Assembly (NCBI GenBank): GCA_030141605.1
Contig: JAQGDQ010000647.1
Coordinates: 19,108 to 83,107, forward strand
Direction of reading: 5' to 3'
DNA length: 64,000 nt
Source: Tubiluchus corallicola
Taxonomy: Eukaryota; Animalia; Priapulida
Numbering within the stretch: position 1 is the first letter of the stretch; every line of letters begins with the position of its first letter. The translations under genes and the position numbers were made by a program. A model generated the notes under the pieces. It had not been told where the DNA came from. It saw only the letters and a program-made list of their open reading frames with translations, and ran no database searches. Positions 54,501 to 63,159 of this stretch are shown here, one piece after another.

Positions 54501-55537
54501 AATCCGAGACATTATCGTCCACTTCGTCCTTTCGTCTTGCGCGGAAGTGGTGCTGACAAGCCACTGGAGTAGCAGTGTCGAGTTTTTTTGCTGGATTACT
54601 GCTGCGTTTACCTGTCTGAAGGCAGATTTCTTTTATTTTAGAATTCTGCCTGCTCAATGTCGACAATAGACGTGACGGGCGTATGATGATGATGATGTCC
54701 ACAGAAGTATGGGAATATTTTTTGTGTACATAATACTGACGGACGTTATACTTAGGCTAGTGAACAATAATGCACGCGTTTTATAATGAGGTAAACAAAA
54801 GGACAAAGGACAAAAGGACAAAGACACTTATTTACAATCACTTGGAAAACAGACAACATTAACCAGCCGCTACTATATGGGACTCTTAACGAATACAACA
54901 AGTCTGAGACACCACAAATAAATAATACAGGTGGTCGTGAGATTCGAACTCGGGCTGCAACCCGAGCAACACCCATAGTCCGTTACCCTAATTTTAGATT
55001 TAGATTTAATATTTTATTTCAAACTTCACAAAGTTCATAAACACATCACAAATTAATACAAACAATACAATAAATCATGACACACAACAATAACACAAAT
55101 AACAATTAACGATATAACAAACTACGCCAATGACGTCTAATTACAGAAGTAAAGTTTGCGTCACTGTTTAAAATGTTCTTGCATATAAAATTTTCACTCT
55201 TAAAAAGCGTGACGTATAAACTGTATGCACATTTTCTGTGAATCACATCAAAATAAATAATATTAAGTCTAGTAGAAATATATCTTGCGCTCGTATCATT
55301 TGAAAAGTTAAACAGCTTCCGTGTTGATACATTATACGCAACCTTGAGTTTGCTAAGATTGTAAGAATAAAAATGTCTCCAAGTGGACATACAATAAAAA
55401 GTAGTGCAGTAAGCATTAAACAATTGTCTCTTCACGTTAACTGAACAGTGAGTAAATTTCATGAGTAATTTATTTGTTCTACCATAGTAAATTGAACATT
55501 GTCGTAATATATCTAAATCATCTCTATTGTCAAGAGG

Positions 55538-55576
<39 letters not shown>

Positions 55577-58500
55577 CTGATAAAATATGACCCAGATATT
55601 TTTCCTTTTTACTAGGTACAGAACTTTTACACTGCAAAACAACAGACCCAAAAGTAAACTGCTGCATGTGGGCGGAGCGAAACGTGACAAGTTTAGCCTT
55701 ATTCACATTTACAAGGATATCATATTCTTTAGCAAATTTATTAAAAAAAACCACTCGGCCACCCGTATTGACACCGCCGCATCAAGGAGGAGAATATAAT
55801 GGAGTCAAAAGTGCATGTACTTCAACGGTTTGACATTAGTACTATGACAAATGCCTATTGTGTCCTGTTCTTGTAGTGCAAGTCTTGTCCAGCAGTTAAA
55901 TCTCTTTGTGCCTGAACATCTAAACCAATCATATGTTCCTTTACAGAACGTAACAATTGTGGGAAGTAATAGGCATGTAGTTGCCAGTGGCTGTGATCTT
56001 AATTCTTAAAGCAAAACCGGACCAAATCTTATACTGCAGGCCAGAACAATCTACTCAATAAAATATCATCGGAAACATACTATTTTTCAGAAATGACTTA
56101 CGTGAAAGAATTATTATCACACAAACACAATTTCACGTTCACGCCACTAGTTCTTCGCTGTTACAACTATTTCGCCATTTGCTAGTTAGATGGGCATTGG
56201 CGAATTGCATGAAAAACAGGTGTTGTACCTCTCAGTTCAGAGTTGTTCGTTTGTGACGTAATACATACGTTCGAGAGCACAGCGGTAAATTTAAAACTTC
56301 AATTTTTATCTTAAAATTTGCCGAGAATTTGTATATTACACTGAATGTTGTACATGCATTGCTGTGCTTTAACTTTCGCTTTGGCAAACACGTGCATCAC
56401 GCCCACGGAATGTTTGTGCTGTTGATGGTTGTATTCGTTTGTGATGTCATGAGTAGCTGGGCTCGCTCGCCTTTAATTAAATTTCTAAGCTTTTATTTAA
56501 TTAACAAATATACTTTGACATTATTATATGTGTTAAAAGGTATACATTTTAACACTATTAAATACATTTAACTATACTTCAAAATGGGGTACCATATGAA
56601 ATATCGTCCTGTTTTGCTTTAAGTTCATCAAACGGGCTCCGTGCCATCCTATTAAATCGAACGAATTATCGCATCACCACACATTCCCATTTATCAAATG
56701 TTCCCATATATTGGTTGAGATGACTTTCCGCCGTGACAATCCTATGTTATGTATGACCACATGTCATATACGCTCGCAAATGAGTAATATTGGCGAGAAA
56801 TTGATGTTTTCATTTGCCGTGACAGTGTGGGCGTATCTAGTTGATCAAATCTGCTATTAGTTATTGATTAATAATTGTTCAACTGCAGCAATTTTCTCCT
56901 GCAGTGCAGCAGTTTCCTTAAGAAAAATTACTGCATTTCACTCAGACCAGTGAGAAATCGATGTACTGCCATTTATCTATCTGGGACGAACATCGGAGCA
57001 TCAATAACATCGCGTGGTGCGGCTGCATCCGTGCAGCATCAGCAACACGCATCCATATCTGGTGAGTAAGTTACCCAGGATTTTAATTAGCTAGGGTCAA
57101 ACGCTGATATTGATTCAAGCAAATCGAAGTAGTTACTGGAAGGCCTATAGCCTGAGCTTAATAAGCTACACATAAATCGTGTCAGAGAGAAATCAAAAAG
57201 GTTCCAAAATAACTCCTTGAGGGACACCCAAGTTCCTCGGACACTTTGCCGTGTCAGAAAGAAATGAAAAAAATTCAACCTATGGAACACCCAAGCTCCC
57301 TGGGCATTTTTGCCCCGTCAGAAAGAAAGTCGAAACATTCCAAACTGACTTCCTGTGGAACACCTAAGCTCCCTGGACATTTTTACCATGTCAGAAAGAA
57401 ATGACAAACATTCCAAACTGACTTCCTGTGGAACACCCAAGCTCCCTGGACATTTTTACCATGTCAGAAAGAAATGACAAACATTACAAACTGACTTCCA
57501 GTCAAACACTTAAGTTCCATGGATACTTGGATACTTTTGTCATGTCAGAAAGAAACAGAATAGGTCACAAAGAAATTCCCTGAGGAAAGCCCAGGTTCCC
57601 TCAACATATTCTGCCTTATCAAAAGAAGCGAAAAAAGTTTCAAATTTAATAGGTGAGGACGTCAAAATTCTCTGGGTTTGAATTAACTCCCGGAAGGACG
57701 CCCAAGGATCCTGGGCATCTGCCGACATGCTAGAAAGACATGAAAACGTTCTTAATTAACTCCTTGAGAAAAATCCAAGTTCTTGGGACAGTTTTTCCCG
57801 CATAATAAAGAAAGTGAGAAACATTCTAAATTAACTCCCTTAGGAACACCTGAGTTTGCTGTGTCAAAAAGCGATTAGGCTCCGAATAAACTCCCGAAAG
57901 ACACCCGAGTTTATGGAGTGCCTGACCAGAATCAAGCGAAACAGGTACCGAATTATGTCACTGGGGGACACCTGACTTCTCTGCACTTTCTAGACTAGCA
58001 AGTAATGACCTTGCATCTTTAACATGGTCGAATACTTAAATTTGTCAGCAGTACAACATTTAAATATATTGCTATTGCATTTCTGCATGCATCAGTGCCT
58101 CATTTCTGTAATGGTCATGCATTTCTTCACTACAAACATCTACGATATTTGATTCATTCATTCATAAAGATGCAAAAGCTGCAGACTAACTCCATTACGT
58201 AAACATTAATTATCATAATTTTATCAGTCAGGCTAATTTTTTGTTAGAAATTAATCACTATGACTATGATTATTTCTCTAACAATACAATTTTGCCATTT
58301 GAGTAACGATATAAACACAATATCGCTAGACAATAACGAGAGATATAACAATCTTAGAACTAAATAGGGGGTGAGGATTCTCCATCACAAAGCGAATTCG
58401 AATCGAATCGAATTTTTGACTTTCGCATTCGAATCAACCGAATTTCAAGATTTGGAATTCAAGTCGAATTCGAATTCAGTTTGAAAGATTGTGGAATAAA

Positions 58501-61500
58501 GTTTTCAATCACACTTGAGACCTCAAGAACTGGACTCGCAAAAATCATGCATATTGCTCGATTTCGTTCCGCAGTAAAATCATTGGTAATTTGTTTAAAA
58601 AGTTTGAAGGTGTCACATTTTAGAAAAAAAATCTCATTTGTATATACTTTTATTATCATGTAAGGAAAACATTTAACAACACACCACAGGCACTTACTGA
58701 GCTCAGTTTTTATATAAGTCCCACATAACGAACAGGTGCAATGTATTAAACAACACGCAGTTGCACAGCCTGACTGAATATAAAAGCTATGTAAAGTTGT
58801 AAATACGGTAAATATGTAAACTGTCGTTAATATGTAATTAATAATGACCACTTACAAACTAGATTAATAGTTTTTCTAATACACCACAAGTAATTGTTTA
58901 ACGTGCTCATTACATAAGCAACTATAAACTGATTCTCAGAAATCACAACGGAACTGTACTGACTGCATGATGTTTCATGTGTCTTAATGATAAAGAACAT
59001 ATGCAGTTAAAACGCTGAATTATTTGAATCCACAATTTTAGGTTCGAATCGAATCTGAATGTTTCAAGCTCACCCCTAGCAAATACTTTCAATTTGTAAT
59101 GGATACATTTATTGTGATTTTGTAAGTTAATAAGACCAACAAAAGAGAAACATTTTCTATTCTTATGCTGTAGTTTTGGTACTACTTTCTGTATGCTAGC
59201 TAATGCACACGTGTGTCAATGTAGGCAGAATTACAATACATATTTTTATTTTGTTTTGTTTTGCTTGTTTTTGATGCATTGGTTTTGGAACATATACGTC
59301 TTTTTTCTGCGTCGTTTTTCTGCACGGTATATCCTCGCTTTACGACTCCCCACTTAGCATCGTTTCGTTGCACGGTATATCCTCACTTTACGACTCCCCA
59401 CTTAGTGACGTTTCGTTGCACGGTATATCCTCACTTTACGACTCCCCACTTAGCGTCGTTTCGTTGCACGGTATATCCTCACTTTACGACTCCCCACTTA
59501 GCGTCGTTTCGTTGCACGGTATATCCTCACTTTACGACTCCCCACTTAGCGTCGTTTCGTTGCACGGTATATCCTCACTTTACGACTCCCCACTTAGTGA
59601 CGTTTCGTTGCACGGTATATCCTCACTTTACGACTCCCCACTTAGTGACTTTTCGTTGCACGGTATATCCTCACTTTACGACTCCCCACTTAGTGACGTT
59701 TCGTTGCACGGTATATCCTCACTTTACGACTCCCCACTTAGCGTCGTTTCGTTGCACGGTATATCCTCACTTTACGACTCCCCACTTAGCGTCGTTTCGT
59801 TGCACGGTATATCCTCACTTTACGACTCCCCACTTAGCGACGTTTCGTTGCACGGTATATCCTCACTTTACGACTCCCCACTTACCGTCGTTTTGTTGCA
59901 CGGTATATCCTCACTTTACGACTCCCCACTTAGCGACGTTTCGTTGCACGGTATATCCTCACTTTACGACTCCCCACTTAGCGACGTTTCGTTTTAGCGA
60001 CAATTTTTCTGCCTTACTTTTAAGAACTAAAGTTTTGTTTACTGGGTTCGTATTTGTATATAGAAGCCCAATATTTAGCCCAGATCACGATACGATATTG
60101 GGCAATAGTTTGCGCAACTAAACTGACAGCAGGCCCTCAAACACAGCTAAAGGCAAGCCATGGTGATTCACTGCTTTTCCACCTTTAGGTAAAACTCCAC
60201 TTGATAAAATATACTTAACGTTTTCCTTGAAAGTTATAATTTTTTCAGGCTTTACGCAATGTCATTTAAACACATTTCAAACGGCTTACCATTAAAATGG
60301 CTGTGCGTCATGGTCACTGCGGCAGTTTAAGCTTGTCAGGTTTATACAATGTTACTGCTAATGCAAGCCCTGCATGCAATAAGACAAATTTTCAAACTTT
60401 ATCTATGAAGAACGTTTCCTTGTGTTTTAACTGATTTGCTATCCGAGGAAACACGTGACAATGTTCTTCTCGAACAGGGCGAGTTTGAATTCCACAGAGA
60501 AGAGTCCCAGGAAAAAACGGATTCACGTGCAACCGAACGCTACATGTAAGAATGTTCGGAATGTGAATATAAACTACACGTATACAGTAAACCACGCATT
60601 GATGTCAGCCGTTCTCCATCAAGGTTCATTAATTTCCACAAAGCCATATTATGCAAAGCCAAAGCCACGTCGCTGCTATCTAAAGAGACTGCATCATCCC
60701 TTTAATGAGCAGCATACTCAGGGTAGCAATAATAGCTAATGGCTTTCAAATGATAGCAACGGATGCTGCTGAGAACTCCGTCTATGCATAACCGATTACG
60801 CAATCGAAAAGGCAAGCAATAATAAGTGCACCTGCAAATTTCTAACACCTGGCGTGGCTTCTCTGCTGAGGTCAAGGAAAATAGAAGCCACGTTTCGGGA
60901 ATGAATGAACGTCATTTTAAAGGAAGCCCTTTACTTGTGTAAAGCGAAAAAAATTCGTCTTCAAATTTTACATCATATGTTGTCTTATTGCATACAGAGC
61001 TTGCGTTTGCAGTAACGATGTGCATAACTTGAAAATTTAATGGCACAACCATTTTAATGGTATGTAGTTCGAAGTTAGTGTAGAAAACACCGTTTTAAGT
61101 TTGTAAAAATAATCAGAGCATTCGTAGCACACACATCGCTAACTAGGTAAAAGTTTCAATTCTTTACATTGTCAATAAGATCAATAATGTGTGTTTTGTG
61201 AACCAGCGATGCACAGTGGGAAGGTGAGTCAATGACGTCTTGCCAGTTGATGCGAGCGTTTTAAATTACCAAGATTTTTCCTTTCCAATTAAATAAGTCT
61301 TTCAAACAGGTAAGCATAACGCTAAGTAATATAACTTTAAGTGGAAATTTTTTTGGAACATACTTTTCAAAATTGCCTTTTCTTTCACTTTAAAGGAAGA
61401 CAGGATGACATGTACTAACACATTTTCAAGTACGGTAAAAAGTATACATTTTAATAGCAATTATAGCGCAATATTTTCTGATAATTAAATAATAGATTAA

Positions 61501-63107
61501 AATCTTAATTAATGGCGGACGAGCCCAACTAGTGATGACATCACAAACTTACATAACTTTGACGTAATAATCAAAAATATTCCGTGAGCATGTTGCATGT
61601 GTTTGCGAAAGCGTAAATCGACGTACAGTGCTTCTCTAAGAGATTCAGTGTGTTGTATTAAAATTTGGCAAGTTTCAAGATCAAATTTCAAATCTCAAAT
61701 TACCGCTGTGCTCATGCATGAGCTGTCGAATGTGTGCAGTTCGTCACAAACTAACACATCTGAACTGAGTGGTACAGCACCTGTTTTTTGTGCAATGCGT
61801 TTCCAAAATGTAGGCGTTAGTGCCCGTCTAACTAGCAAATGGCGAAATGCATATAACTACGAAGAATTAGTGGCGTGAACGTGAAATTGTGTTTGTGCGA
61901 TAATAATTCTTTCACGTAAGTCATTCTTGCAAAAATGGTATGTTTCCTTTCAAGATTTTAAATAATATTTTGTTTAACAGTGGGTCCGGTTTTGCTTCAA
62001 CTAAACTGCTAAAGATTTAGGCTATGTACATGGGGATTTACAAAAAACCTCTCTTCTTTTACCAAAGCTTATACATCACCAATCTACGGCCATATCACGT
62101 TGAAAACACTGGTTCTCGTCTGATCACCGAAGTTAAGCAACGTAGAGTCTGGTTAGTACTCGGATGGGCGACCGCCTAGGATTACCAGGTGCTGTAGGCT
62201 TTGCGGGATGCCCACACTGTATCTCGACACTAGGCGGAGGAGCTGCACAAGCACAAAACGCTAGAGGGCGGAGGAGGTCAAGTAACCCAACGGCCATGTG
62301 TAGAGGAGTAAACCTTCCAATTCAGGAGTGGAGCCCCGAAGGCGGACCAGTGCAGCGTGCTCACTGACTCCGGCAGCTCCTGCAGGCAACCTGGTGCCAA
62401 ACGTATCGCTCCGCTTTCCTTTGGACTACACCAGGGAGGAAGAGAGAGGGTTCCTGTTGTCTGGGCAACTCAGGATCTCCATACACCTTGCCCAGGCAGT
62501 GCACCCTGGAGACGTTCAAGGATCGCACTGCTCAGCCACAGTCGACGCTGCAGCTCCATCAATGTGATCAATAACTGACTCTCTTGGTGCACATTCCGTT
62601 GTCTTCCGAGACAGAAGGATGCCAACAAGTAAACAACAAGTAAACAACAAGTAAACAACAAGTAAACAACAAGTAAACAACAAGTAAACAACACCAAGAC
62701 CATGTGATTATTGTTAATGACGTACAGCATTAAAAATACAGTATAACCTACAATGTGAATAGGTTTAAAGAGGTACTAATGCTCTTCTAACGGGCATAAG
62801 TAGTTTTGCAAACACTTTCTATCACCAATACAGACAGTAATCTTGTTTTCTCGGGAGAAAATAACGCCTTCAGGGAAACGTCTAATACTTTAGGCTCCCA
62901 GATCATTGGAAACCAGGATCCCCGCTAAACCCGGCAGAAAATAGCAAAATCAATTACTCCTGTTATCATAGACGTGTTCTATTTATACTGAGAAGCCACT
63001 CGTGTGACTCTGGCTTCAGCAATTAGTAGAGAAGCCATGCACTTACCTATGGGATCAATGTGTGTGAGGTGATCTACGAAATCGCGCTTCCCTAGATAGC
63101 AGGTGAT
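12410..63107 (-). CDS. ARRB: Beta-arrestin (non-visual arrestin, kurtz-like); 11 coding exons in window, N-terminal exons outside window
   Basis: Hand-spliced exons (61,143,99,128,136,85,73,144,84,153,103 nt = 1209 nt, 402 aa + TAG), all GT-AG and phase-compatible. Hallmark motifs [57 protein letters not shown]. Confidence 0.98.
13005..14607. repeat. 50/52-bp satellite with alternating dimers, then a homogeneous 52-bp subarray (14160-14607)
   Basis: Core CTAAGATGAAAAATACACC; lies in the last arrestin intron. Confidence 0.93.
15645..16040. repeat. ~160-bp tandem repeat, ~2.5 copies
   Basis: TGGAAACAAGAAAAAAT at ~15699, 15857, 16021. Confidence 0.8.
16321..16473 (-). CDS. ARRB: beta-arrestin exon ([50 protein letters not shown])
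   Basis: TTTCAG acceptor, GTGAGT donor; 153 nt; clathrin-box-like LITLD. Confidence 0.96.
16561..21953. repeat. 27-bp minisatellite, ~200 copies (5.4 kb)
   Basis: Unit GAAACTAGGAGAATGTATCTCAGCACA. Confidence 0.98.
23556..24096 (+). mobile_element. Kolobok-like non-autonomous element, family A
   Basis: TTAA-AGGAAAACCGGACGATTG ... CAATCATCTGGCTTTCCT-TTAA; second copy 46926-47472. Confidence 0.85.
24114..24197 (-). CDS. ARRB: beta-arrestin exon ([27 protein letters not shown])
   Basis: TGCAG acceptor, GTATG donor; 84 nt. Confidence 0.96.
24610..24990 (+). mobile_element. Kolobok-like family B fragment
   Basis: Shares CACACAAACACAATTTCACGTTC...CTAGACGGGCACTAGC with 39559, 47858, 56010, 61394 copies. 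Confidence 0.7.
25125..25680 (+). repeat. 132-bp tandem repeat (4 copies) with tRNA-like B-box GGTTCAAATCC
   Basis: TTCACGGTTCAAATCCAGG at 25168, 25300, 25432, 25554. Confidence 0.85.
25709..25852 (-). CDS. ARRB: beta-arrestin exon ([47 protein letters not shown])
   Basis: CAG acceptor, GTAAGT donor; 144 nt; lariat/gate loop. Confidence 0.97.
26394..27121. mobile_element. hAT-like MITE (CAGGGATG TIR; CCGA/TCGG subterminal repeats)
   Basis: CAGGGATGCT ... TAACATCCCTG; TSD degenerate. Confidence 0.6.
27235..27636 (-). mobile_element. hAT-type MITE, inverted copy of 7673-8083
   Basis: TAGGGGTGAG TIRs; TSD ACGATCAC / ACGATCAT. Confidence 0.9.
27944..28423. mobile_element. Tc1/mariner (pogo/Tigger-like) MITE
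   Basis: TA-CAGTAAAACTCCGCATAACTC ... GAGTTACGCGGAGTTTACTG-TA. Confidence 0.85.
28666..29144. mobile_element. hAT-like MITE
   Basis: CAGTGGCACAGCT ... AGCTGCGCCACTG; TSD TCTTCAAA / TCTTTAAA. Confidence 0.8.
29368..29977. mobile_element. MITE with TGTGTGCTTGCA TIRs and TA flanks
   Basis: Inverted homologue of 6277-6937. Confidence 0.8.
30184..30281. mobile_element. Miniature Tigger/pogo-like MITE (98 bp)
   Basis: TA-CAGCGAGTACCTCG ... CGAGGACTCCCTG-TA. Confidence 0.7.
30760..31125 (+). mobile_element. hAT-like MITE (CAGGGTTCCCAC TIR) with 6-bp TSD
   Basis: AGCCAA on both sides; second copy 38845-39283. Confidence 0.85.
31347..31419 (-). CDS. ARRB: beta-arrestin exon ([24 protein letters not shown])
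   Basis: CAG acceptor, GTAAGT donor; 73 nt. Confidence 0.97.
32850..33630 (+). mobile_element. Kolobok-like family C relative containing an internal minisatellite
   Basis: Homology to 42041-42480, 52396-53211 and (inverted) 60921-61389. Confidence 0.65.
33017..33364. repeat. 51-bp minisatellite, ~7 near-identical copies
   Basis: Unit CCCAGTGTGCACCGCTGGCTCACCAAAAACACATTAATGATCTATCGCCTT. Confidence 0.95.
34400..36718. repeat. 23-bp minisatellite, ~100 copies
   Basis: Unit TAGTTCTTAAATAGTATGTTGTT. Confidence 0.96.
36837..36921 (-). CDS. ARRB: beta-arrestin exon ([28 protein letters not shown])
   Basis: CAG acceptor, GTATGA donor; 85 nt. Confidence 0.97.
37436..37939 (+). mobile_element. Tigger/pogo internal-deletion derivative with transposase N-terminal remnant
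   Basis: TA-CAGTGGAACCTCG ... GAGGTATCACTG-TA; remnant MGPKKAS.../[12 protein letters not shown] resembles the Tigger N-terminal HTH. Confidence 0.85.
38410..38844 (+). mobile_element. LINE 3' end (Rex1/Babar-like)
   Basis: ...[13 protein letters not shown]...KYFEMLP...[19 protein letters not shown]; AATAAA then (TTAC)n tail. Confidence 0.75.
38845..39283 (+). mobile_element. hAT-like MITE (CAGGGTTCCCAC TIR), copy 2
   Basis: TIRs and internal similarity to 30760-31125; ends ~34 bp from the arrestin exon boundary at 39317. Confidence 0.85.
39317..39452 (-). CDS. ARRB: beta-arrestin exon ([45 protein letters not shown])
   Basis: TTTCAG acceptor, GTTGGT donor; 136 nt keeps the frame. Confidence 0.94.
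39559..40013 (+). mobile_element. Kolobok-like family B
   Basis: TTAA-AGGAAAACCAGATG ... CATCCTGTCTTCCT. Confidence 0.75.
40181..40224 (-). ncRNA. Penelope-type minimal hammerhead ribozyme motif (slightly degenerate)
   Basis: TTGCA-CTGATGA-T-GACAG...CTGTA-GAAACGTT-TGGCA; palindromic AACGTT stem III. Confidence 0.55.
41150..41715 (-). mobile_element. RTE-clade LINE 3' fragment with internal duplication
   Basis: HLLRLP(N/S)EAPVRI segment occurs twice (~41400, ~41685); homologous to 3990-4690. Confidence 0.75.
41842..41969 (-). CDS. ARRB: beta-arrestin exon ([43 protein letters not shown])
   Basis: TTTCAG acceptor, GTAAGA donor; 128 nt. Confidence 0.97.
42041..42480 (+). mobile_element. Kolobok-like family C relative
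   Basis: TTAA-AGGAAAAGGAAAG start; homology to 60921-61389 (inverted). Confidence 0.6.
42527..42959. mobile_element. hAT-Charlie-like MITE
   Basis: CACGGGAGTGCAAA ... TTTGCACACCCCTG with GCGGCCC subterminal repeats; flanks ACCTACAA / GTATACAA. Confidence 0.8.
43036..43134 (-). CDS. ARRB: beta-arrestin exon ([33 protein letters not shown])
   Basis: TTTCAG acceptor, GTAAA donor; 99 nt; lies within track ORF 42862..43320. Confidence 0.97.
43820..44334 (+). mobile_element. hAT-like MITE
   Basis: CAGTGGTGGCTCGT ... ACGAGCCGCTACTG; partial copies at 3170 and 43415. Confidence 0.75.
44780..45310 (+). mobile_element. LINE ORF2 C-terminal (zinc-knuckle region) remnant plus 3' UTR
   Basis: ..[31 protein letters not shown] pattern with frameshifts; AATAAA near 45297. 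Confidence 0.6.
45595..46277. repeat. Compound degenerate minisatellite (TGGTGCAATGT / GTACGATAT modules)
   Basis: Direct reading; 11- and 21-bp modules. Confidence 0.9.
46411..46553 (-). CDS. ARRB: beta-arrestin exon ([48 protein letters not shown])
   Basis: CAG acceptor, GTGAG donor; 143 nt; finger-loop motif. Confidence 0.97.
46926..47472 (+). mobile_element. Kolobok-like family A, copy 2
   Basis: TTAA TSD, AGGAAAACCGG / CCGGTCTTCCT termini. Confidence 0.85.
47858..48444 (-). mobile_element. Kolobok-like family B (inverted)
   Basis: GCTAGTGCCCGTCTAACTAG...GAAATTGTGTTTGTGTG; TTAA flanks. Confidence 0.7.
48658..50900. repeat. 42-bp minisatellite, ~53 copies
   Basis: Unit GGTGACAATGTAACATCAGTGAGACAGCTAAGGGAAGGAGGT. 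Confidence 0.97.
51395..52180. repeat. 144-bp dimeric tandem repeat (~70-bp monomers) with AGGTCAAAGGTCA motifs
   Basis: CAAAACCATAG at 51491, 51635, 51779; diverged monomers to 52180. Confidence 0.88.
52396..53211 (+). mobile_element. Kolobok-like family C with inserted (TA/TG) microsatellite at 53014-53190
   Basis: TTAA-AGGACAAGAAAAGGGG ... GGGTTTTCTTGTACT; inverted homologue 5117-5770. Confidence 0.75.
53256..53452. repeat. 30-bp tandem repeat
   Basis: CCTAGACGCATCACGACGTGCAACGTAATG x ~5. Confidence 0.85.
53907..54335. mobile_element. hAT-like MITE
   Basis: CTGAGGCGGAACTAG ... CTAGTTCCGCCCCTG; TSD CTTTTGCC / CTTTTGTC. Confidence 0.8.
54990..55760 (-). mobile_element. RTE-X-like LINE 3' fragment
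   Basis: Track ORFs 55530..55754 ([16 protein letters not shown]) and 55106..55462 ([20 protein letters not shown]); tail (AAATCT)n; interrupted by (TA)n. Confidence 0.8.
56010..56618 (+). mobile_element. Kolobok-like family B
   Basis: TTAA-AGCAAAACCGG ... CCTGTTTTGCT-TTAA. Confidence 0.8.
57180..57980. repeat. Degenerate ~75-bp tandem repeat
   Basis: Recurrent GGAACACCCAAGCTCCCTGG...TGTCAGAAAGAAA. Confidence 0.8.
58365..59078 (+). mobile_element. Longer, diverged member of the TAGGGGTGAG hAT MITE family
   Basis: Same termini and TTCGAA repeats as 7673-8083, with ~300 bp extra internal sequence. Confidence 0.75.
59320..59995. repeat. 48-bp minisatellite, ~14 copies
   Basis: Unit GCACGGTATATCCTCACTTTACGACTCCCCACTTAGCGTCGTTTCGTT. 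Confidence 0.96.
60921..61389 (-). mobile_element. Kolobok-like family C relative (inverted)
   Basis: TTAA flanks; reverse-complement similarity to 42041-42480. Confidence 0.7.
61394..61996 (-). mobile_element. Kolobok-like family B (inverted)
   Basis: TTAA-AGGAAGACAGGATG ... CCGGTTTTGCT. Confidence 0.8.
62082..62201 (+). rRNA. 5S rRNA-derived sequence (SINE head, probably not a functional 5S gene)
   Basis: Full-length 120-nt 5S-like: TCTACGGCCATATCACGTTGAAAACAC...AGTTAAGC...TTAGTACTCGGATGGGCGACCGCC...GCTGTAGGCTT; several substitutions from the typical metazoan sequence; no T4 terminator. Confidence 0.9.
62082..62692 (+). mobile_element. 5S-headed SINE (SINE3) with RTE-like body and (AACAAGTAAAC)n tail
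   Basis: 5S head, ~420-bp GC-rich body, tail TTGTCTTCCGAGACAGAAGGATGCC plus ~6 x 11-bp repeat; possible TSD ACATCACCA / ACAACACCA. Confidence 0.8.
63047..63107 (-). CDS. ARRB: beta-arrestin exon ([20 protein letters not shown])
   Basis: CAG acceptor 63108-63110, GTAAGT donor 63041-63046; 61 nt. Confidence 0.97.
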
Positions 63108-63159
63108 CTGAAAGAAGAGCATAGAATTACAAATGTTAGTACTTTTGCACACGATCATT

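Noticed and set aside
895-59995. CRISPR-like regular arrays
   Set aside because: Units are contiguous with no unique spacers, there are no cas genes, and the context is a spliced eukaryotic gene.
59261-60121. 286-aa [12 protein letters not shown] repeat ORF
   Set aside because: 48-bp minisatellite that appears derived from a MITE end.
62082-62201. Functional 5S rRNA gene
   Set aside because: Isolated, substituted, lacks a T4 terminator and is fused to a retro-element-like body and tail.
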